Of a DNA stretch of 39,920 bases, positions 38,049 to 39,920 are shown piece by piece; the first letter of the stretch is position 1, and each line of letters begins with the position of its first letter. The notes below the pieces were generated by a model, which saw only the letters and a list, made by a program, of their open reading frames with translations, ran no database searches and was not told the origin of the DNA. This stretch comes from Acidilobaceae archaeon (GTDB lineage: Archaea > Thermoproteota > Thermoprotei_A > Sulfolobales > Acidilobaceae). The translations under genes were made by a program, and so were the position numbers. The DNA is taken from contig JALWJI010000153.1 in assembly GCA_027081695.1 (NCBI GenBank), positions 1 to 39,920 of the forward strand, read 5' to 3'.

Positions 38049-38349
38049 AGATATAAGGATATAATGTAACATAATAAATTAAATTTTTAATTTATTTTAA
38101 TTATTAATATGTTATAATATATACATAGTGATTCAGAAAATTTAAATTGTTACCGTTTTTGATTGTAAAAGGGAGATGTCGATAATTATTTATATATATT
38201 ACCTAAATTATTGTGTATATATTTAATATTATGTACCGGAAAAAATCTCGAGTATTATTAATTGAATATGCGGCTAGGCGAAGGGTAGCGGATCGCAAAG
38301 CCTCACTTCCATAACATGGGGCTTACCCCTAATGTAGAAGTATTTCCGG

Positions 38350-38357
38350 TATATAAA
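38350..38357 (+). promoter_or_regulatory. TATA box for the origin-proximal ORF (leaderless spacing)
   Basis: tatataaa begins 24 nt upstream of ATG 38374. This argues for ATG 38374 rather than GTG 38365 as the start. Confidence 0.45.
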
Positions 38358-38373
38358 TGTTTGGGTGTGGTGT

Positions 38374-38814
38374 ATGAGTGTTGCGGTGGTTGGCCCGGGT
38401 ATTACTCCTGGGCAACGGTTAGAGATACTCGAGCGGACTATTGTTAGGTATGCTGTGGCTCTTGCTACGGTCGAGGAATTCATTGATGCCGGTGAGAGAG
38501 GTACGACGCTTCTAGTGGATCCTAGCTATGTCGCGATGAAGATCCTAGAGAGAGCATGGGATATTCTAGGCATGCTGGGCATACAGCTTACACTTCATGA
38601 GTATCAGTACCTTATTGGGTTTAGGCAGAATGCTAAGATCGCGGCAGAGGACGTAATTAGATATGCCTTACCCGTCCTTAAACAAGTATGTGGTAGGGAG
38701 AAACTTATCCGCATAATTAAAGGGTTTAGACTGGAGGACTTAACTAGAGATAAAGAGTCGATGAATAAGTTTAAAGAATGCAGAGAGGCTCTTAGGAAAA
38801 AACTCTTCAACTAA
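38374..38814 (+). CDS. Hypothetical protein (146 aa), origin-proximal
   Basis: Clean ORF with a predicted helical composition and no recognisable motif. The listed ORF starts at GTG 38365. Confidence 0.55.
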   Translation: MSVAVVGPGITPGQRLEILERTIVRYAVALATVEEFIDAGERGTTLLVDPSYVAMKILERAWDILGMLGIQLTLHEYQYLIGFRQNAKIAAEDVIRYALPVLKQVCGREKLIRIIKGFRLEDLTRDKESMNKFKECREALRKKLFN

Positions 38815-38974
38815 ACTAGAGGATGTGGTCAAAGACATATTTCCGATGGTATAAGAGCTAGGAGGCCTCTGTTCTTATAAAAGTACTTGTGTTCATCACT
38901 CGGTTTGTACTTAATGTCTAGTTTATTCTATGTGATCTAGTAGGGACAATCATTAAGGGCCATATAAACTACCT

Positions 38975-39706
38975 ATGCAAGCGGGGATATCGATGTGCGA
39001 TCCTAAGGAAGCAGCTGCTAGAGGAGCTCTAAGCATTCTGTCAGAGTTGGAGGAGCCTATACGTGTCATGGGGGTTGGTACGGGATCGACCGTTGATAGG
39101 TTCATCTCGTTGCTTGCTGGATCAGAGATATCAGATGGTATTGAGGGATATGTTCCTACAAGTATCGATACGAGTCTAAAACTCTACAGTCGTGGTCTTA
39201 GAAGAGTATTGGATAGTATTCCGGTATCCGATAAGATAGACGTCTACGTTGATGGAGCCGACGAGGTGGATCCTTCAGGAAACCTGATAAAGGGTAGGGG
39301 AGGGGCTCTTCTCGGCGAGAAGATATTAGCGTACTCGAGCAGGCTCAATATTATAATAGTTGACGAGTCCAAGCTTGTAGAGACGCTGGGAGAAAAGAAG
39401 CCCGTTCCAGTAGAGGTTGTTCCCAGAGCCCTCGGATACGTCTATCGGGTTCTGAAGTCAATGGGGCTAAACCCGAGGCATAGATCATGTAATTGTAAGG
39501 ATGGGCCAGCAGTATCCGATAATGGAGGAATACTCCTTGACCTATATACAGGTCCTATAAAGGATCCCCGACGGCTAGACATGGAGCTCCACATGATACC
39601 GGGGATCGTTGAGACCGGACTATTCCTAGGGCTAACCGACATAGTCGTCGTTGGGTCTAGGGACTGTTCTTGGAGGATGCTTAGATTTGACCGGGGAAGA
39701 AGATGA
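38975..39706 (+). CDS. rpiA: Ribose-5-phosphate isomerase A
   Basis: GVGTGSTV, DGADEVD, LIKGRGGALLGEKIL and VETGLF motifs. The start may be the second Met (38993). Confidence 0.9.
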   Translation: MQAGISMCDPKEAAARGALSILSELEEPIRVMGVGTGSTVDRFISLLAGSEISDGIEGYVPTSIDTSLKLYSRGLRRVLDSIPVSDKIDVYVDGADEVDPSGNLIKGRGGALLGEKILAYSSRLNIIIVDESKLVETLGEKKPVPVEVVPRALGYVYRVLKSMGLNPRHRSCNCKDGPAVSDNGGILLDLYTGPIKDPRRLDMELHMIPGIVETGLFLGLTDIVVVGSRDCSWRMLRFDRGRR

Positions 39707-39920
39707 GAAAATACTAGACCTAGACGTGGAAGAGGAACTCTCCAAAGGACCGCCTCCTGAGCTAGAGCAGAGGATTCAATATGCAGCTAATAGTGGTAGA
39801 TTTGTCCTCTTGTGGCGTGATCCACTGATACTCGTATATTTGGGGGAGAACGGGGACTATGTGGTTGTCGACGGGGTTTATTGTAGCTGTGAGGGTTTTG
39901 CTAGGAGGGTTTCCCGCAGA
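39687..39920 (+). CDS. Partial ORF (runs off the window), possible SWIM-type zinc-finger protein
   Basis: The frame is open from in-frame TTG 39687 / GTG 39726 to the window end. Translation ...RFVLLWRDPLILVYLGENGDYVVVDGVYCSCEGFARRVSR... contains a CxC followed by an aromatic residue, as at the start of SWIM fingers. The start is uncertain. Confidence 0.35.
   Translation, partial: MTGEEDEKILDLDVEEELSKGPPPELEQRIQYAANSGRFVLLWRDPLILVYLGENGDYVVVDGVYCSCEGFARRVSRR

Larger units (their letters stand above)
37732..38330. other. Candidate chromosomal replication origin (oriC): ORB repeats flanking AT-rich unwinding tracts
   Basis: Longest non-coding gap in the window. It holds four approx. 22-nt ORB-like repeats, mini-ORB-like copies and two AT-rich tracts (37858-37936 and 38051-38270). 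See findings. Confidence 0.75.

Noticed and set aside
37911-38086. Similar AT-rich words in the two AT tracts (taacataatttaaat versus taacataataaattaaat) as specific repeats
   Set aside because: In sequence this AT-rich, such imperfect matches are expected by chance. They are not reported as elements.
37858-38270. AT-rich tracts as a degraded mobile element, CRISPR leader or AT-rich horizontally acquired islet
   Set aside because: There is no repeat-spacer periodicity, no terminal inverted repeats and no transposase or integrase remnant. The flanking repeats match ORB architecture, so the origin interpretation explains the tracts better.

Overview
Archaeal chromosomal window. Gene content and signals suggest a hyperthermophilic crenarchaeon, Desulfurococcales-like; the taxon is inference. 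About 45 densely packed protein genes and 3 tRNAs. No CRISPR array, IS element, integrase or recognisable defence island was seen. Left part (0-19 kb) is a core information-processing neighbourhood: apgM (partial), L24e, S28e, ndk, aIF5B, S6e, aIF2-gamma, Fcf1-like PIN, Rpo7, Spt4, DUF359 dephospho-CoA kinase, S24e, S27ae, Kae1, Bud32, ITPase, tRNA-Leu(CAA), tRNA-Ala(GGC), Orc1/Cdc6, DUF99 and malate dehydrogenase. A few uncharacterised genes are interleaved: a JAMM-motif protein coupled to an HD hydrolase, an NfeD with an unknown partner, and a thioredoxin-fold-like insert. Middle part (19-35 kb): a tightly overlapping minus-strand operon built around a split MetE, a MacB/FtsX-type ABC exporter, tRNA-Val(GAC), a Fur-family regulator and a five-gene Opp/Dpp-type peptide ABC importer. 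Right end: an orphan ORF, a stand-alone RAM-domain protein, TiaS, a 653-bp non-coding region, an orphan ORF, rpiA and a partial SWIM-like ORF. Three observations stand out. (1) The 37.73-38.33 kb non-coding region carries four full ORB-type repeats plus mini-ORB-like copies around two AT-rich tracts. This looks like an Orc1/Cdc6-dependent replication origin, yet it lies about 20 kb from the only orc1/cdc6 gene, whose own upstream region has no ORB. (2) Synonymous-site strand composition is very strong and independent of gene orientation. It flips abruptly at about 19.25 kb and appears to flip again near 35-36 kb and at the ORB cluster. (3) A 25-nt near-perfect direct repeat links the tiaS coding region to the edge of ORB1. 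All functional calls come from reading the translations and motifs by eye; no database search was run.
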